A stretch of DNA of 64,000 bases from Verrucomicrobiota bacterium (GTDB taxonomy: Bacteria; Verrucomicrobiota; Lentisphaeria; Lentisphaerales; Lentisphaeraceae). The notes under the pieces were generated by a model, which searched no databases, had not been told where the DNA came from, and saw only the letters and a list, made by a program, of their open reading frames with translations. This document shows, one piece after another, positions 20,853 to 30,651 of this stretch. How positions within the stretch are numbered: position 1 is the first letter of the stretch; each line of letters opens with the position of its first letter. Made by a program: the position numbers and the translations under genes. Location: contig JBDKFG010000001.1 of assembly GCA_039798785.1 (NCBI GenBank), forward strand, positions 64,001 to 128,000, in the 5' to 3' direction.

Positions 20853-21179
20853 ATGACCAAACGTGATCTCGTGGTGCGCATCGCCGACGAAACCGACCTC
20901 AATCAACTGGATGTCATGGCAGTGGTTCAAAAGACCCTCGACTACATCACCGGCGAACTCTCCGCCGGTCGCAACGTCGAACTCCGCAACTTCGGCGTAT
21001 TCGAACTCAAAGTCCGCAAGCCCCGCATCGGCCGCAACCCCAACAAGCCCAAGAACGAAGTGCCCATCCCCGAGCGCGTCGTGGTCAAGTTCAAGGCCGG
21101 CAAGATCATGAAGCAGAAGGTCTCCAAGATCAAGCCCAACGAACTCGCCACCATCGAAGCCGAAGGCGACGACGATTGA
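20853..21179 (+). CDS. HU/IHF family DNA-binding protein
   Basis: MTKRDL, VELRNFGVF, RIGRNP, VKFKAGK. Confidence 0.93.
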   Translation: MTKRDLVVRIADETDLNQLDVMAVVQKTLDYITGELSAGRNVELRNFGVFELKVRKPRIGRNPNKPKNEVPIPERVVVKFKAGKIMKQKVSKIKPNELATIEAEGDDD

Positions 21180-21208
21180 TCTCACCGGCTCTGCCGGCAA
21201 AATAAAGT

Positions 21209-21346
21209 GACCTGTATCACCCGAATTGAACTTGGACTGAGATGCATTCAAGCTGCTTTTCAGGGAGTCAGGGAAGAGGGAGTCGGGGAGTCAAAGCACT
21301 CCCTAACTCTCTAAGCTGTGATCCTGAAATTCGAGTGATACAGGTC
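21209..21346. repeat. 138-bp fold-back element with octamer repeats
   Basis: GACCTGTATCACCCGAATT / AATTCGAGTGATACAGGTC (18/19); GGGAGTCA-type units at 21263-21293. Confidence 0.8.
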
Positions 21347-21347
21347 G

Positions 21348-21381
21348 AAAAAAAGACGCCCGGAAACTCCGGGCGTCTTTT
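21348..21381. terminator. Bidirectional intrinsic terminator
   Basis: A-tract, GACGCCCGGA-AAC-TCCGGGCGTC, T-tract. Confidence 0.85.
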
Positions 21382-21398
21382 GTCGCCGCAGCCCAGAC

Positions 21399-22397
21399 TC
21401 AGGGCTTCTTCTCCGGCGGCTTGCTAAGGACCGAGGCGACGATGCCGCCGGCGATCATCAGGCCAACCAGACCGAGACTGCCCCAGATGAAGAGCTCCTT
21501 GCCGAGCAGCGGCTTCAGCCATTCGCCGAAGAGCATCTTGGCGCCGACCACCACCAGAACCAGGGAAAGCGCTGTCTTGAGGTGATGGAAACGGTCCATC
21601 ATGCCGTCGAGAGCGAAGTAGAGCGAGCGCAGGCCGAGGATTGCGAAGATGTTTGAGGTGAAGACCAGGAAGGGATCGCCGGTGATCGCCAGGCAGGCGG
21701 GGATCGAGTCGACGGCAAAGACGAGGTCGGCGCATTCGACTGTGATCAGAGCGACGAAAAGCGGCGTCGCAACGAGCGCTCCGTCCTTGCGGAAGAAGAA
21801 ATTGCGATTCTCGATCTTGTCGCTCACCGCGACGAAGCGGCGGATCACTCTCTGGATGAAGTCCGCACCCGGGGCGTTGTTGCCGTCTTCGCTGGTCCGC
21901 AGCATGCGGATGCCGGTGAAGATCAGGAAGGCGCCGAAGACGTACATCAGCCAGTGGAAGCGGGCCACCAGCTCAGTGCCGGCGCCGATCATCAGACCCC
22001 GCATGACGATGGCCCCGATGATGCCCCAGAACAGCACCCGGTGGCGATATTCCTTCGGCACCTTGAACATCGCAAAAACCGTCGCGATGACGAAGAGGTT
22101 GTCGACCGAGAGTGCCTTCTCCATCACGTAGGCCGCCAGGTATTTGCCCACCGCCATGCCGCCCGTGAGTTCCGCGCCGTCCACCGGGTCGATTCGGCCG
22201 CCCCCAAGTTCGAACCAGTCGCGGGCATAAGCCATTTCCAAGGGTATCGAGAAAGCCAGCGCCAGGCCGATCCAGAATGCCGACCACCCCATCGCCTCCT
22301 TCATCGTCGGCTCATGGTCCTTGCGGTTGATGATGAAAAGATCGAGCGCGAGCAGGAAGAGCACGAGCCCGATGAATATGGCGATGGCAGTGAGCAT
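21399..22397 (-). CDS. TerC/Alx family metal homeostasis membrane protein
   Basis: EKALSVDNLFV, HRVLFWGIIGA, DLVFAVDSIPA, SNIFAILGLR. Confidence 0.93.
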   Translation of the reverse strand: MLTAIAIFIGLVLFLLALDLFIINRKDHEPTMKEAMGWSAFWIGLALAFSIPLEMAYARDWFELGGGRIDPVDGAELTGGMAVGKYLAAYVMEKALSVDNLFVIATVFAMFKVPKEYRHRVLFWGIIGAIVMRGLMIGAGTELVARFHWLMYVFGAFLIFTGIRMLRTSEDGNNAPGADFIQRVIRRFVAVSDKIENRNFFFRKDGALVATPLFVALITVECADLVFAVDSIPACLAITGDPFLVFTSNIFAILGLRSLYFALDGMMDRFHHLKTALSLVLVVVGAKMLFGEWLKPLLGKELFIWGSLGLVGLMIAGGIVASVLSKPPEKKP

Positions 22398-22550
22398 GGA
22401 GGCGGATCCCTTTTTGATTTTTGATTATCAAGATATCGAAAGGGACGCCGAATCCTTCGGTATGCCATTCCGACGGCGGGAGAAAATCGTAATCAAGTCA
22501 ATTATTTTCGTTCTGTGCAACTCCGACTCAATCTAGCGCAGCTCATTTTT

Positions 22551-22683
22551 AACCGCAGAAAACGCAGAATGCCGCAGAATTAACGAGGGAGGCGGGAATG
22601 AGCAAGAAGCTTGTCAGAATACCCGTGATGCCATGCTCAGGAAGCCCAACTCCATTCTGCGTTCTTCTGCGTCTTCTGCGGTT
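22551..22683. repeat. 133-bp fold-back element whose arms are CGCAGAA tandem repeats
   Basis: AACCGCAGAAAACGCAGAA vs reverse complement of the right end AACCGCAGAAGACGCAGAA (18/19), three units per arm. Confidence 0.8.
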
Positions 22684-22744
22684 GCCTGAGCTAGATTGCG
22701 ACTTATACAGGTCGATTATTTTTCTGTCCAGGCAAGGCAGGCAT

Positions 22745-23785
22745 TCAGGATTTGCCGTTGGTCCCAATCATCAAGATCAGCAGTATGGCGATGAGCAAGA
22801 GCAGGCTGGCGACGAGGATCAGTCCGACGGGTCTGGCGCGGCGAGGTGGAGCTTCGTCGGCCTTGAAACTGCCGGAGAGAGTGGGCGGAACTTGGATGCT
22901 GGAGACGGTGTTCTGGTGGACTGGCCGGCCGATCATCGGTTTGAGCAGGGCGTAGGCGGCGGCTTCGAGCTCGGCGGGAGTCTGGAAGCGGCGGCTGGGG
23001 TCTTTTTCCATGCAGCGCAGGATCAGGGAGGCGGTGCCTTGGCTGAGCTTGAGGTTGAATTTGCGAGGGTCGTCAGGAGGGAGGACGGCATGTTGGCGCA
23101 GCAGCATGGAAGTGTCGATGCTGGTGAAGGGGAGGCGGCCTGTGGCGGCATGGAAGAGAGTGCAACCCAGGCCGTAGATGTCGGAGCGGCTGTCGGCGCT
23201 GCGGGCATCGAGAGCCTGTTCGGGCGCGAGATAGGCGGGGGTGCCGAGGCCGGAGCCGGCGGCGGTGATGTGGCCTTCGTAAAGGCCGGCTGCGGGACGC
23301 GCCAGTCCCAGATCGGCGAGTTTCCACAGGCCGTCGCGGGCCATCATGATGTTGTCGGGCTTGATGTCGCGGTGCACCGCGCCGGCCTTGACCGCTGCGA
23401 CCAAGGCGCGTGCCACTCCGGTGGCGATCTGCAGCACCTCCTCCTCCGGCAGCGGCGCGCCTTTGAGGGCCTTGATCCGTTCGCCGAGAGAGGAATCCGT
23501 CAATTCCATCGCATACCAGGGTTGTTCGCCGACCAGGCCGCATTCGAAGATGCGGACGAGGTGGACGCTTTCGATCCGCGCGGCGGTGCGGGCCTCGTTG
23601 ACGAAGCGCTGCGCCGAACCGGCATGCTCCGCCTTGGCGGCGAAGAGCTTGACCGCCACCGGCATTTGAAGCTGCTTGTGGCGGCCGGCGTAGACCACAC
23701 CCATGGCGCCCCTGCCCAGCTCGCCTTCGATCAGATAGGGTCCGACACTTTGCGGCGGGATTTCGTCTTGCGGCGAGTTTGACAC
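22745..23785 (-). CDS. Hanks-type Ser/Thr kinase with C-terminal TM anchor
   Basis: GRGAMG, VAVK, HRDIKPDN, DLG, GTPAYLAPE; GTG start after GGAG. Confidence 0.9.
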   Translation of the reverse strand: MSNSPQDEIPPQSVGPYLIEGELGRGAMGVVYAGRHKQLQMPVAVKLFAAKAEHAGSAQRFVNEARTAARIESVHLVRIFECGLVGEQPWYAMELTDSSLGERIKALKGAPLPEEEVLQIATGVARALVAAVKAGAVHRDIKPDNIMMARDGLWKLADLGLARPAAGLYEGHITAAGSGLGTPAYLAPEQALDARSADSRSDIYGLGCTLFHAATGRLPFTSIDTSMLLRQHAVLPPDDPRKFNLKLSQGTASLILRCMEKDPSRRFQTPAELEAAAYALLKPMIGRPVHQNTVSSIQVPPTLSGSFKADEAPPRRARPVGLILVASLLLLIAILLILMIGTNGKS

Positions 23786-23858
23786 TGGCAGTTCTCCGTA
23801 AACCGGGCATAATGACAAGAGACCCACATGAACTCAATCAGTCAAGGAGAAGCCCACG

Positions 23859-24176
23859 ATGAATTCCGACATCCCCCTGAAAGACGCCGGCTACAACAAG
23901 GAAGAGCTCTACATCCGCCAGAAGGAGGCCGAGCGCCGCGCCGAGCTCGATGCCCAGCGCGCCGAGCAGCAGAGCCGCGAGGAGCGCAAAAGCCACTGGA
24001 TGCGCTGCCCCAAGTGCGGAGGCCAGATGAAAGAGCAGCGCCTTGATGTCGTCCTGGTCGACATCTGCGGCGACTGCGGCGTCGTCTGCTTCGACAAGGG
24101 GGAAGTCGAAATGCTTCTCCAATCGACCGCCCGCAGCTCCTCCTTCCTCGGCAAGATGAAGGACTTCTTCAAGTAA
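23859..24176 (+). CDS. zf-TFIIB-like zinc ribbon protein
   Basis: MRCPKCG..M, VDIC..C.VVCFDKGE; AAGGAG RBS. Confidence 0.85.
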   Translation: MNSDIPLKDAGYNKEELYIRQKEAERRAELDAQRAEQQSREERKSHWMRCPKCGGQMKEQRLDVVLVDICGDCGVVCFDKGEVEMLLQSTARSSSFLGKMKDFFK

Positions 24177-24279
24177 TTGCCGAAGCATGGTCCTCAAGAT
24201 CCCGGGAGCGTGCTTCCGGGATCTTGTATTGTCGCCTCGCGAGCCCATGGTGCTGGCCTGCAAAAACAAGGTGATCCAG

Positions 24280-25596
24280 ATGACGAAATACCCCTCCCGC
24301 TCCCGCGAAGAATCCCAGGCCCACGGCTGGGCTGCCGTCGCCCACGCCATGGCCCGGCAGGTGCTGGTCGAGGGCAAGCCTCTCGACCGCTGCCTTTCTG
24401 GCTTCTTCCGGCTCGAGAAGAAATTCGGCTCGAAGGATCGCGCCTTCCTTTCCGAGGCCTGTTTCGCATTTTTCCGTTGGTACGGATGGATCCGTCGCTG
24501 CCTACCCGGGGGACAGCTCCCCGGATTTCCTGACGAGAGTTTCCGGCGCGCCCTGGCGGCTGCGCTCCATCTCGACGGCGCTCCCGCTCATCCGGTGCTG
24601 AGCCTCTGGGGGGGGCGCCTGGGCGCTTCGGCGCCGCTCCCCGACGCCAGCTTCGCCGTCAAGGCCCGCTGGGTCGAAGGGAGCCTCGGAGGCGGCCCGG
24701 CGAGCTGGAAGGAGCTGGTGCCGGAATGGTTCCTCGCCGAAATCCCCGCCGAGTGCCCGCCCGAGGAGCTGGTCAAGATCCTGCAGCAGCGCCCGCCGAT
24801 CTGGCTGCGCATCCAGAGAGCTGATCCCGCCGCCGTCCTCGCCGAGCTCAGCGCCCTCGGGCTGCAGCCGGAAACCCCGCTCCCCTCCCTGCCCAAGGCG
24901 GTGCGACTGAAACGCTCGAAGATCAACCTCTATGATCTGCCGCCTTACCGCGAAGGCCGCCTCGAAGTCCAGGACCTGGCCTCGCAATGCATCGGCGCCG
25001 CCTGCCTCGCACGCCCTGGCCAGCGCTGGCTCGACCTCTGCGCCGGCGCCGGAGGCAAGACCCTCCTGCTCGCCGACGCCCTCGACAATCGCGGCGCCAT
25101 CGTCGCCACCGACAAACGAGCCTGGAAGCTCCTCGACCTGAAAAAGCGCGCCCGCCGCGCCGGATTCGGCAACATCCAGCCCCGCGAACTCAAGGGCGGC
25201 AAGGCCTCCTCCAACGAGGCCACCTTCGACGGCGTCCTGGTCGATGCCCCCTGCTCCTGCACCGGCACCTGGAGGCGGAATCCCGACGGCCGCTGGACCG
25301 CCAAGCCCGGTGACATCGCCGAGCTGGTCGCCCTGCAGGCGGAAATTCTCGGCAAGGCCGCAAAACAGGTCAAGCCCGGCGGCGTACTCATCTACGCCAC
25401 CTGCTCCCTAGCCCGCGCCGAAAACCAGGAGCAGGTCGAGCGCTTCCTCAATCAGCACCCCGGCTTCGCCCTCGAGGACTTTCCCCACCCCGCCAGCGGC
25501 GCCGCCACCGGTGGCGTCCTGAGCATCCTGCCGGCCCTGGCCGACAACGACGCCATGTTCGTCGCCCGGATGAAGAAGGCGGCGGCGGGAAAATGA
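24280..25596 (+). CDS. RsmB/NOP family RNA m5C methyltransferase
   Basis: EVQDLASQ, DLCAGAGGKT, VDAPCSCTG, YATCS. Confidence 0.9.
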   Translation: MTKYPSRSREESQAHGWAAVAHAMARQVLVEGKPLDRCLSGFFRLEKKFGSKDRAFLSEACFAFFRWYGWIRRCLPGGQLPGFPDESFRRALAAALHLDGAPAHPVLSLWGGRLGASAPLPDASFAVKARWVEGSLGGGPASWKELVPEWFLAEIPAECPPEELVKILQQRPPIWLRIQRADPAAVLAELSALGLQPETPLPSLPKAVRLKRSKINLYDLPPYREGRLEVQDLASQCIGAACLARPGQRWLDLCAGAGGKTLLLADALDNRGAIVATDKRAWKLLDLKKRARRAGFGNIQPRELKGGKASSNEATFDGVLVDAPCSCTGTWRRNPDGRWTAKPGDIAELVALQAEILGKAAKQVKPGGVLIYATCSLARAENQEQVERFLNQHPGFALEDFPHPASGAATGGVLSILPALADNDAMFVARMKKAAAGK

Positions 25597-25677
25597 TCAC
25601 CAGCCAGGGAGATTCCAGCCTCTCCTGTCTGTCGCGTTTCGCCGGCTGGAGTTTACTTTTCGGCAGGAGGTCCAGCC

Positions 25678-26115
25678 ATGATACGCATCGCCCTCATCCG
25701 TCACTGTGAAGCCGCCAACGCATATGATGACTTCAAGCGCCAGCTGAGTCCCAACGGTCTTTCCCAGGTCCCTGGGACCGTAGCCTTCCTGGAGCAGACG
25801 TCCATTCCTTGGCGGCATCTGATCTGCAGTCCCGCGATCCGGACCCGGGACACCGCCGTCCTCATCGCCCGCGCTTTGGAATCGGGCCTCTCCGTGGTGG
25901 AGAAGGCTGAGCTCTACAATCCCAGCACCCTCCATTCCTTGCAGGCCGAGATCGCCGCCGCGCTCGACGGGACCATGCTGGTCGGGCACAATCCCGGCCT
26001 GAGCGATCTGGCGACGGAGCTCACTTCGGTCTATCTCGCGCTGCCCCCCTCAGGAGCGGTCGTCCTCGGCATCGAGGACGGCGGAGTGCGGATTCTCGGA
26101 CGCCATCTCTGCTGA
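25678..26115 (+). CDS. SixA-like histidine phosphatase
   Basis: LIRHCEA, SPAIRTRDT, LVGHNP. Confidence 0.85.
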   Translation: MIRIALIRHCEAANAYDDFKRQLSPNGLSQVPGTVAFLEQTSIPWRHLICSPAIRTRDTAVLIARALESGLSVVEKAELYNPSTLHSLQAEIAAALDGTMLVGHNPGLSDLATELTSVYLALPPSGAVVLGIEDGGVRILGRHLC

Positions 26116-26128
26116 AGGCGCCCGCCCT

Positions 26129-28081
26129 TCAGGGATGGCGAGGATCCTTGCCGTCCTTCTCCTTGGATTCCGACAGAAAGGCGATCCAGTCGAGCCAGAG
26201 GATCGAGCTGCGGTTGCGGTCCGGAACGATGAAGATCCACAGCTGGGAGCGTCCGGAGGGGTTGTTGTGGAGGGGGATCTCGAACTCCTTCCACTCGCCT
26301 TCGCCGGCTGGGACTGCGAAGCTCCCGAGTCCGGGACCGGCTGGGCTGCCGAGACGGAGGCTGACGGATCCCCCAGCCCCCTGGGTGGCGATCCTTGCCT
26401 TCAATTTCGTGATGCCGCCGAGGTCAAGCCCTTCGACGAGGATCCAGCCGCTGCCGCCAGTGGCGCGCTGGACGGCTCGGGCGCCGCGATGTTCGGCCAG
26501 CTTGACGCCGTCGCCGGCGCCGGCGAATTCGGCTTCGAGGCGGCTGGGATGGCTGAAGGCGCTGCAGTAGAGCTTCTCCGTCTTCAGCTTCTCGAAGGAG
26601 CGCACCTGGATGAGGGCGCTGCGGCCTTTTTCGGCCTGGTTCAAGGAGGTTTCGAAGCTGCGGCCTGGCTCGAAGCTCACCTGGCGGCGGGGCGGAGTCT
26701 GGTCCAGTCCTGAGAAGCGCAGCTCGGCGATGGCTTGGCCCGGAGCGGTCTCGCCTGACTTGCCTCTGGAGATCAGCTGGATCTTCTCGCCGCCCTCGGG
26801 CCGGAGAGAGGAGTCGGGAACCAGGAAGAGCGACAGGGGGTCAATGCCGACGAGGATGCGGCGGGTGGCGACGGCGCTGCCGCCGTGGGAATCCTCGACC
26901 TTGAGCTCGAGTTCGTGAGACCCCTTGTCGGCGAGCAGGAGGGGCAGGCGCTTGTCCCCTGGGAGAGCTTTGGAGTTCAGCTTCCAGGAGAAGGCTAGGG
27001 GGTCGCCGTCCTTATCGGTGCTGCCGGAGGCATCGGCAGTGAGCATCAGAGGGGCCGGGCCCGACTCGGCGGAAAGGCTGAGCTGGATAAGCGGGTCGCG
27101 GTTGCCTCGTTGGTAGGACCAGGCTCGGAGGCGGCCGCCGAGGTGGCCGAGCTGGCTGTCGTCTTCGAGGACGAGGAGGCGCCCCTGGCGGTCGACCAGG
27201 ATGTCGCGGGGGCGGGTGAATTTCAGGAAGGGGAGGAAGACCTTGTGCTCGAATGAGCTGGAGGTGAAGCTTCCGGCGCGGATCCAGTTGCGAGGGCGGT
27301 CGGCGAGGAGGGTGAGCTGGGTGAGTGATGGATGGAAGCGCTCGATGCCGTCCGGCCGGAAGATGCGGGCCTCGGCCCGGCCGAGGCCGAAGCCTTCGAA
27401 GGCGGGGGCAGGGGTGTGGTTGTAGCTCATCATGACGCTGGCCTCGGCGGCGCCAGGCCTGAGGAGCATCAGCCGCTGTCCGGGCGCATCTGGGCCGGCC
27501 GGGGCCTCGGGGCGGTCCTCGCGGGCTTCGGTCCAGGCGAGCTGGCCGTCCGGGAGAGCGAGAAGCGAGCGTACCGGAAACTGGCTCGAGGCACGTTTCG
27601 CCGCGGTGAACGAGTCGCCTCCGATCTCGAGGCTGAAGATGTCGGAGCCTCCGGCGCCATTGGCGCTTGCCGCCAGCAGCTTTTCGCGGTCGCGAGCGAG
27701 GGAGGCAGGGGCGACGCCCGGTAGGAAGCCCAGATGCTGGATCTTTCCGTCTTCGAGGCGGAGAAGCTGGAGCTTGCCATCGGCGAGACGGCTGAGGCAG
27801 ATGCCGGAGCGATCCGAGGCGCGCTGGCCGCAGAGGACTTCTCCGGGAAGCTCGGGCCAGTCGCGAGCGCTACTGACGATGCGGCCGTCGCGCAGGAGGA
27901 CGAGATTCTCGTCGCCGACGGCGAGAAGACAGACCGGATGCTCTAGGCCGTCGAGCAGAACGATCTCCTCGAGCCTGGCGGCTTCGAGGGTTTCCCGTTC
28001 CTGCTCAGGGATTCCGATCGAGCCGGTGTCCTGGCAGGAGCCGAGCAGAGAGATGAAGAGAGCGAGAAGGGGCAGGCGCAT
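26129..28081 (-). CDS. Lipoprotein with propeller-like region, PKD domain and C-terminal CBM6-like domain
   Basis: Lipobox LGSC; DASGSTDKDGDPLAFSW (PKD); LEAE..GGSVSLRLGSP..LDWIAF (CBM6). Confidence 0.72.
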   Translation of the reverse strand: MRLPLLALFISLLGSCQDTGSIGIPEQERETLEAARLEEIVLLDGLEHPVCLLAVGDENLVLLRDGRIVSSARDWPELPGEVLCGQRASDRSGICLSRLADGKLQLLRLEDGKIQHLGFLPGVAPASLARDREKLLAASANGAGGSDIFSLEIGGDSFTAAKRASSQFPVRSLLALPDGQLAWTEAREDRPEAPAGPDAPGQRLMLLRPGAAEASVMMSYNHTPAPAFEGFGLGRAEARIFRPDGIERFHPSLTQLTLLADRPRNWIRAGSFTSSSFEHKVFLPFLKFTRPRDILVDRQGRLLVLEDDSQLGHLGGRLRAWSYQRGNRDPLIQLSLSAESGPAPLMLTADASGSTDKDGDPLAFSWKLNSKALPGDKRLPLLLADKGSHELELKVEDSHGGSAVATRRILVGIDPLSLFLVPDSSLRPEGGEKIQLISRGKSGETAPGQAIAELRFSGLDQTPPRRQVSFEPGRSFETSLNQAEKGRSALIQVRSFEKLKTEKLYCSAFSHPSRLEAEFAGAGDGVKLAEHRGARAVQRATGGSGWILVEGLDLGGITKLKARIATQGAGGSVSLRLGSPAGPGLGSFAVPAGEGEWKEFEIPLHNNPSGRSQLWIFIVPDRNRSSILWLDWIAFLSESKEKDGKDPRHP

Positions 28082-28243
28082 GGAGGACCTCGGTTGGACA
28101 AGACAATGGAGCCGCGCACCGGCCTTGGTCAAGCCGGGCAAGCCGCGAGTCCAGGCTTTTGCCTTCTCCCGCAGATCTCGCTCAATTCGCATTTGGGCAT
28201 ATTGTTGGCGCCGAACCGCAAGCAACCCAAAACGTCTCAAACC

Positions 28244-29164
28244 ATGAAAATCATCATGACAGCACCGCGCGGATTCTGCGCCGGCGTCGACCGTGCCATC
28301 GCCATCGTCGATGAGGCCATCCGCCTCATGCCGCCGCCCATCTACGTCAATCACGAGATCGTCCACAACTCGCATGTGATCAAATCCTTCCGCGACAAAG
28401 GGGTGATCTTCGTCGAAGATTTGGCGACGGTGCCCGACGGCGCCTCCCTGATCTTCAACGCCCATGGCGTGCCGCCCGCCCTTGTCGAGGAGGCCAGGCG
28501 CCGCGGCATGAAAACCATCGACGCCACCTGCCCTCTGGTCACCAAGGTCCATTTCGAGGCGATCCGTTACGCCAAGGCCGGCTACGACATCATTCTCGTC
28601 GGCCATGCCGGCCATCCTGAAGTCATCGGCGTCCTCGGCGAAGCTCCCGAGCGCATCCACCTGGTGGAGGACGCCGACGCCGTCGCCAGGCTCGACTTCC
28701 CTCCTTCGGCTCGACTCGCCTACATCACCCAGACCACGCTCTCCGTCGATGACTGCCGCGTCGTCGTCGAGGCGCTCAAGCAGCGCTACCCGGCAATCGA
28801 GGAGCCGAAGAAGTCCGACATCTGCTACGCCACCACCAACCGCCAGGAGGCGATCAAGATCGTTGCCGGCGAGGTCCAGGTCTTCCTTATTGTCGGCTCG
28901 CGCAACTCCTCCAATTCCAATCGCCTTCGGGAAGTCTCCGAGGCGGTCGGCTGCCCTGCCTTCCTGGTCAATTCGGCGGAAGAAGTCGATCCCGCCTGGT
29001 TCCGCCCGGAACACACGGTCGGCATCAGCGCCGGAGCCTCCACCCCGGAGCACGTGGTCAAGTCGGTGGTCGAACGCCTTCAGGAGCTCTTTCCGATCGA
29101 AGTCATCGAGGAGCGGGTGACCCGCATCGAAGACGAGAAGTTCTCCCTGCCCCGCTTCCCGTGA
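28244..29164 (+). CDS. ispH: HMBPP reductase IspH
   Basis: PRGFCAGV, IVHN, DATCPLV, GHAGHPE, ICYAT, SSNS. Confidence 0.96.
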   Translation: MKIIMTAPRGFCAGVDRAIAIVDEAIRLMPPPIYVNHEIVHNSHVIKSFRDKGVIFVEDLATVPDGASLIFNAHGVPPALVEEARRRGMKTIDATCPLVTKVHFEAIRYAKAGYDIILVGHAGHPEVIGVLGEAPERIHLVEDADAVARLDFPPSARLAYITQTTLSVDDCRVVVEALKQRYPAIEEPKKSDICYATTNRQEAIKIVAGEVQVFLIVGSRNSSNSNRLREVSEAVGCPAFLVNSAEEVDPAWFRPEHTVGISAGASTPEHVVKSVVERLQELFPIEVIEERVTRIEDEKFSLPRFP

Positions 29165-30045
29165 AGGAGCCGCCGCAGATCGACGGCGTCGCAGCGAGCC
29201 GGCTGCGACTGCCGGATGCTGCCTGCGGAAGGCTCGGGGATTTCCTCTGCCTGCGCTTCCCGCAGATCGATCCGGAGATCTGGCGCCATCGGCTGGATTC
29301 CGGCAAAGTGCTCGATGATGAAGGCCAGCCGCTCCGTTGGCATAGCTCCTGCCGGCCCGCCTCTCTAGTATTCTACTACCGCGAGCCGCCCTCTGAGAAG
29401 CCGGTTCCCTTTGAGGAGGAGATCGTCCATCTCGACGAGCATCTGCTGATCGCCGACAAGCCTCACTTCCTCCCGGTCATACCATCGGGCCGATTCCTCC
29501 GCGAGACGCTGCTGGTCCGCCTCCGGCAGAAAACCGGCCTCGCCGATCTGACGCCGGTGCACCGGATCGATCGCGACACCGCCGGCCTGGTGATCTTCTC
29601 GGTCAGGCCGGAAAGCCGGGGACTCTACACCGCCCTGTTCCAGCGGCGGGCCATCGTCAAGATCTACCAGGCCCTGGCCCCCTGGCGGGCTGAGCTCCAG
29701 CAGCCCCGCCTCCACCGCAGCCTGATGGTCGAAGGCAGCCCGTTTTTCCGGATGCAGGAGATTCCCGGAGAGCCGAATTCCTGCACCCTCGTCAGCATCC
29801 TCGAAAGACGGGGTGATCTGGCTCTCTACCAGCTCCAGCCGGAGAGCGGCCGCAAGCACCAGTTGCGGCTTCACATGGCTTCGCTGGGGGCGGGAATCGT
29901 CAATGATCCCTATTACCCGGTCATGCGCGCCGAGCCGGCTCCTGACGACTTCTCAGCGCCGCTTCAGCTACTCGCCCAGTCCCTTTCCTTCCGCGACCCT
30001 CTGAGCGGATGCGAACGCAGCTTCACCAGCCGCCGCTCCCTCTGA
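29161..30045 (+). CDS. RluA-family pseudouridine synthase
   Basis: DKPHFLP, HRIDRDTAG, GRKHQLRLH. Confidence 0.9.
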   Translation: MKEPPQIDGVAASRLRLPDAACGRLGDFLCLRFPQIDPEIWRHRLDSGKVLDDEGQPLRWHSSCRPASLVFYYREPPSEKPVPFEEEIVHLDEHLLIADKPHFLPVIPSGRFLRETLLVRLRQKTGLADLTPVHRIDRDTAGLVIFSVRPESRGLYTALFQRRAIVKIYQALAPWRAELQQPRLHRSLMVEGSPFFRMQEIPGEPNSCTLVSILERRGDLALYQLQPESGRKHQLRLHMASLGAGIVNDPYYPVMRAEPAPDDFSAPLQLLAQSLSFRDPLSGCERSFTSRRSL

Positions 30046-30130
30046 GCGATTCCCGGGAATTCTCCGCCATCCTGCGATGACGCCGCGCCGCCCCGTGATA
30101 AAGTCAACGAGTCAAAACAGGAGCATTCTT

Positions 30131-30502
30131 ATGTCGAGCCCTCAAGCCAAGGTCGATTTCGCCTGCCTGGAATGCAAGCAGCCGGTGATCTTCGACATCC
30201 TCAGCCTGCGCCAGAACGAAGGCCAGGTCGCCTGCAGCCATTGCCACCGCGCCTTCTGCTTCAACGACACCGGCTTCATCACCAAGCTCGCCAAGCTCGA
30301 CCGCCTCCTGCAAACCGTCAAGGAATGCGAAGACATCCTCGGCGACGTCTCGGTCGGGGTCGCCACTTTCAACGGCGAGGTCAAGGTGCCTTACCGCATC
30401 CTTCTGACCCGGCTCAACACGGTCATCACCCTTGAGGTCGGGGATCGCAAGGTCGATTTCCATTTCCGCGTCGAACCGCTCGCCGGCGGCGTCTTCCGCT
30501 GA
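30131..30502 (+). CDS. Conserved hypothetical zinc-ribbon protein
   Basis: CLEC..CSHC; AGGAG RBS; native codon bias. Confidence 0.8.
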   Translation: MSSPQAKVDFACLECKQPVIFDILSLRQNEGQVACSHCHRAFCFNDTGFITKLAKLDRLLQTVKECEDILGDVSVGVATFNGEVKVPYRILLTRLNTVITLEVGDRKVDFHFRVEPLAGGVFR

Positions 30503-30651
30503 ATCGGCCCGCTTGAGCTCGCCGCCTCTGGAGCTCTGCTTCGGGGGCGGCGGCTTTTCCGAACCCGGCGCGAGAATGGAAGCGCCGCACAGTTGCTCTT
30601 CACCGGCTTAAGGCTAAACTGGGCGAGTCTTTAATTTCCCAGGAGTTCCTC

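Noticed and set aside
22398..22550. yybP-ykoY manganese riboswitch upstream of terC
   Set aside because: I could not find the conserved GGGGAGUA / CAAGACC elements; Infernal would settle it
26129..29053. 974-aa ORF as one protein
   Set aside because: The first 324 codons largely lie antisense to ispH; the lipoprotein signal starts at 28081
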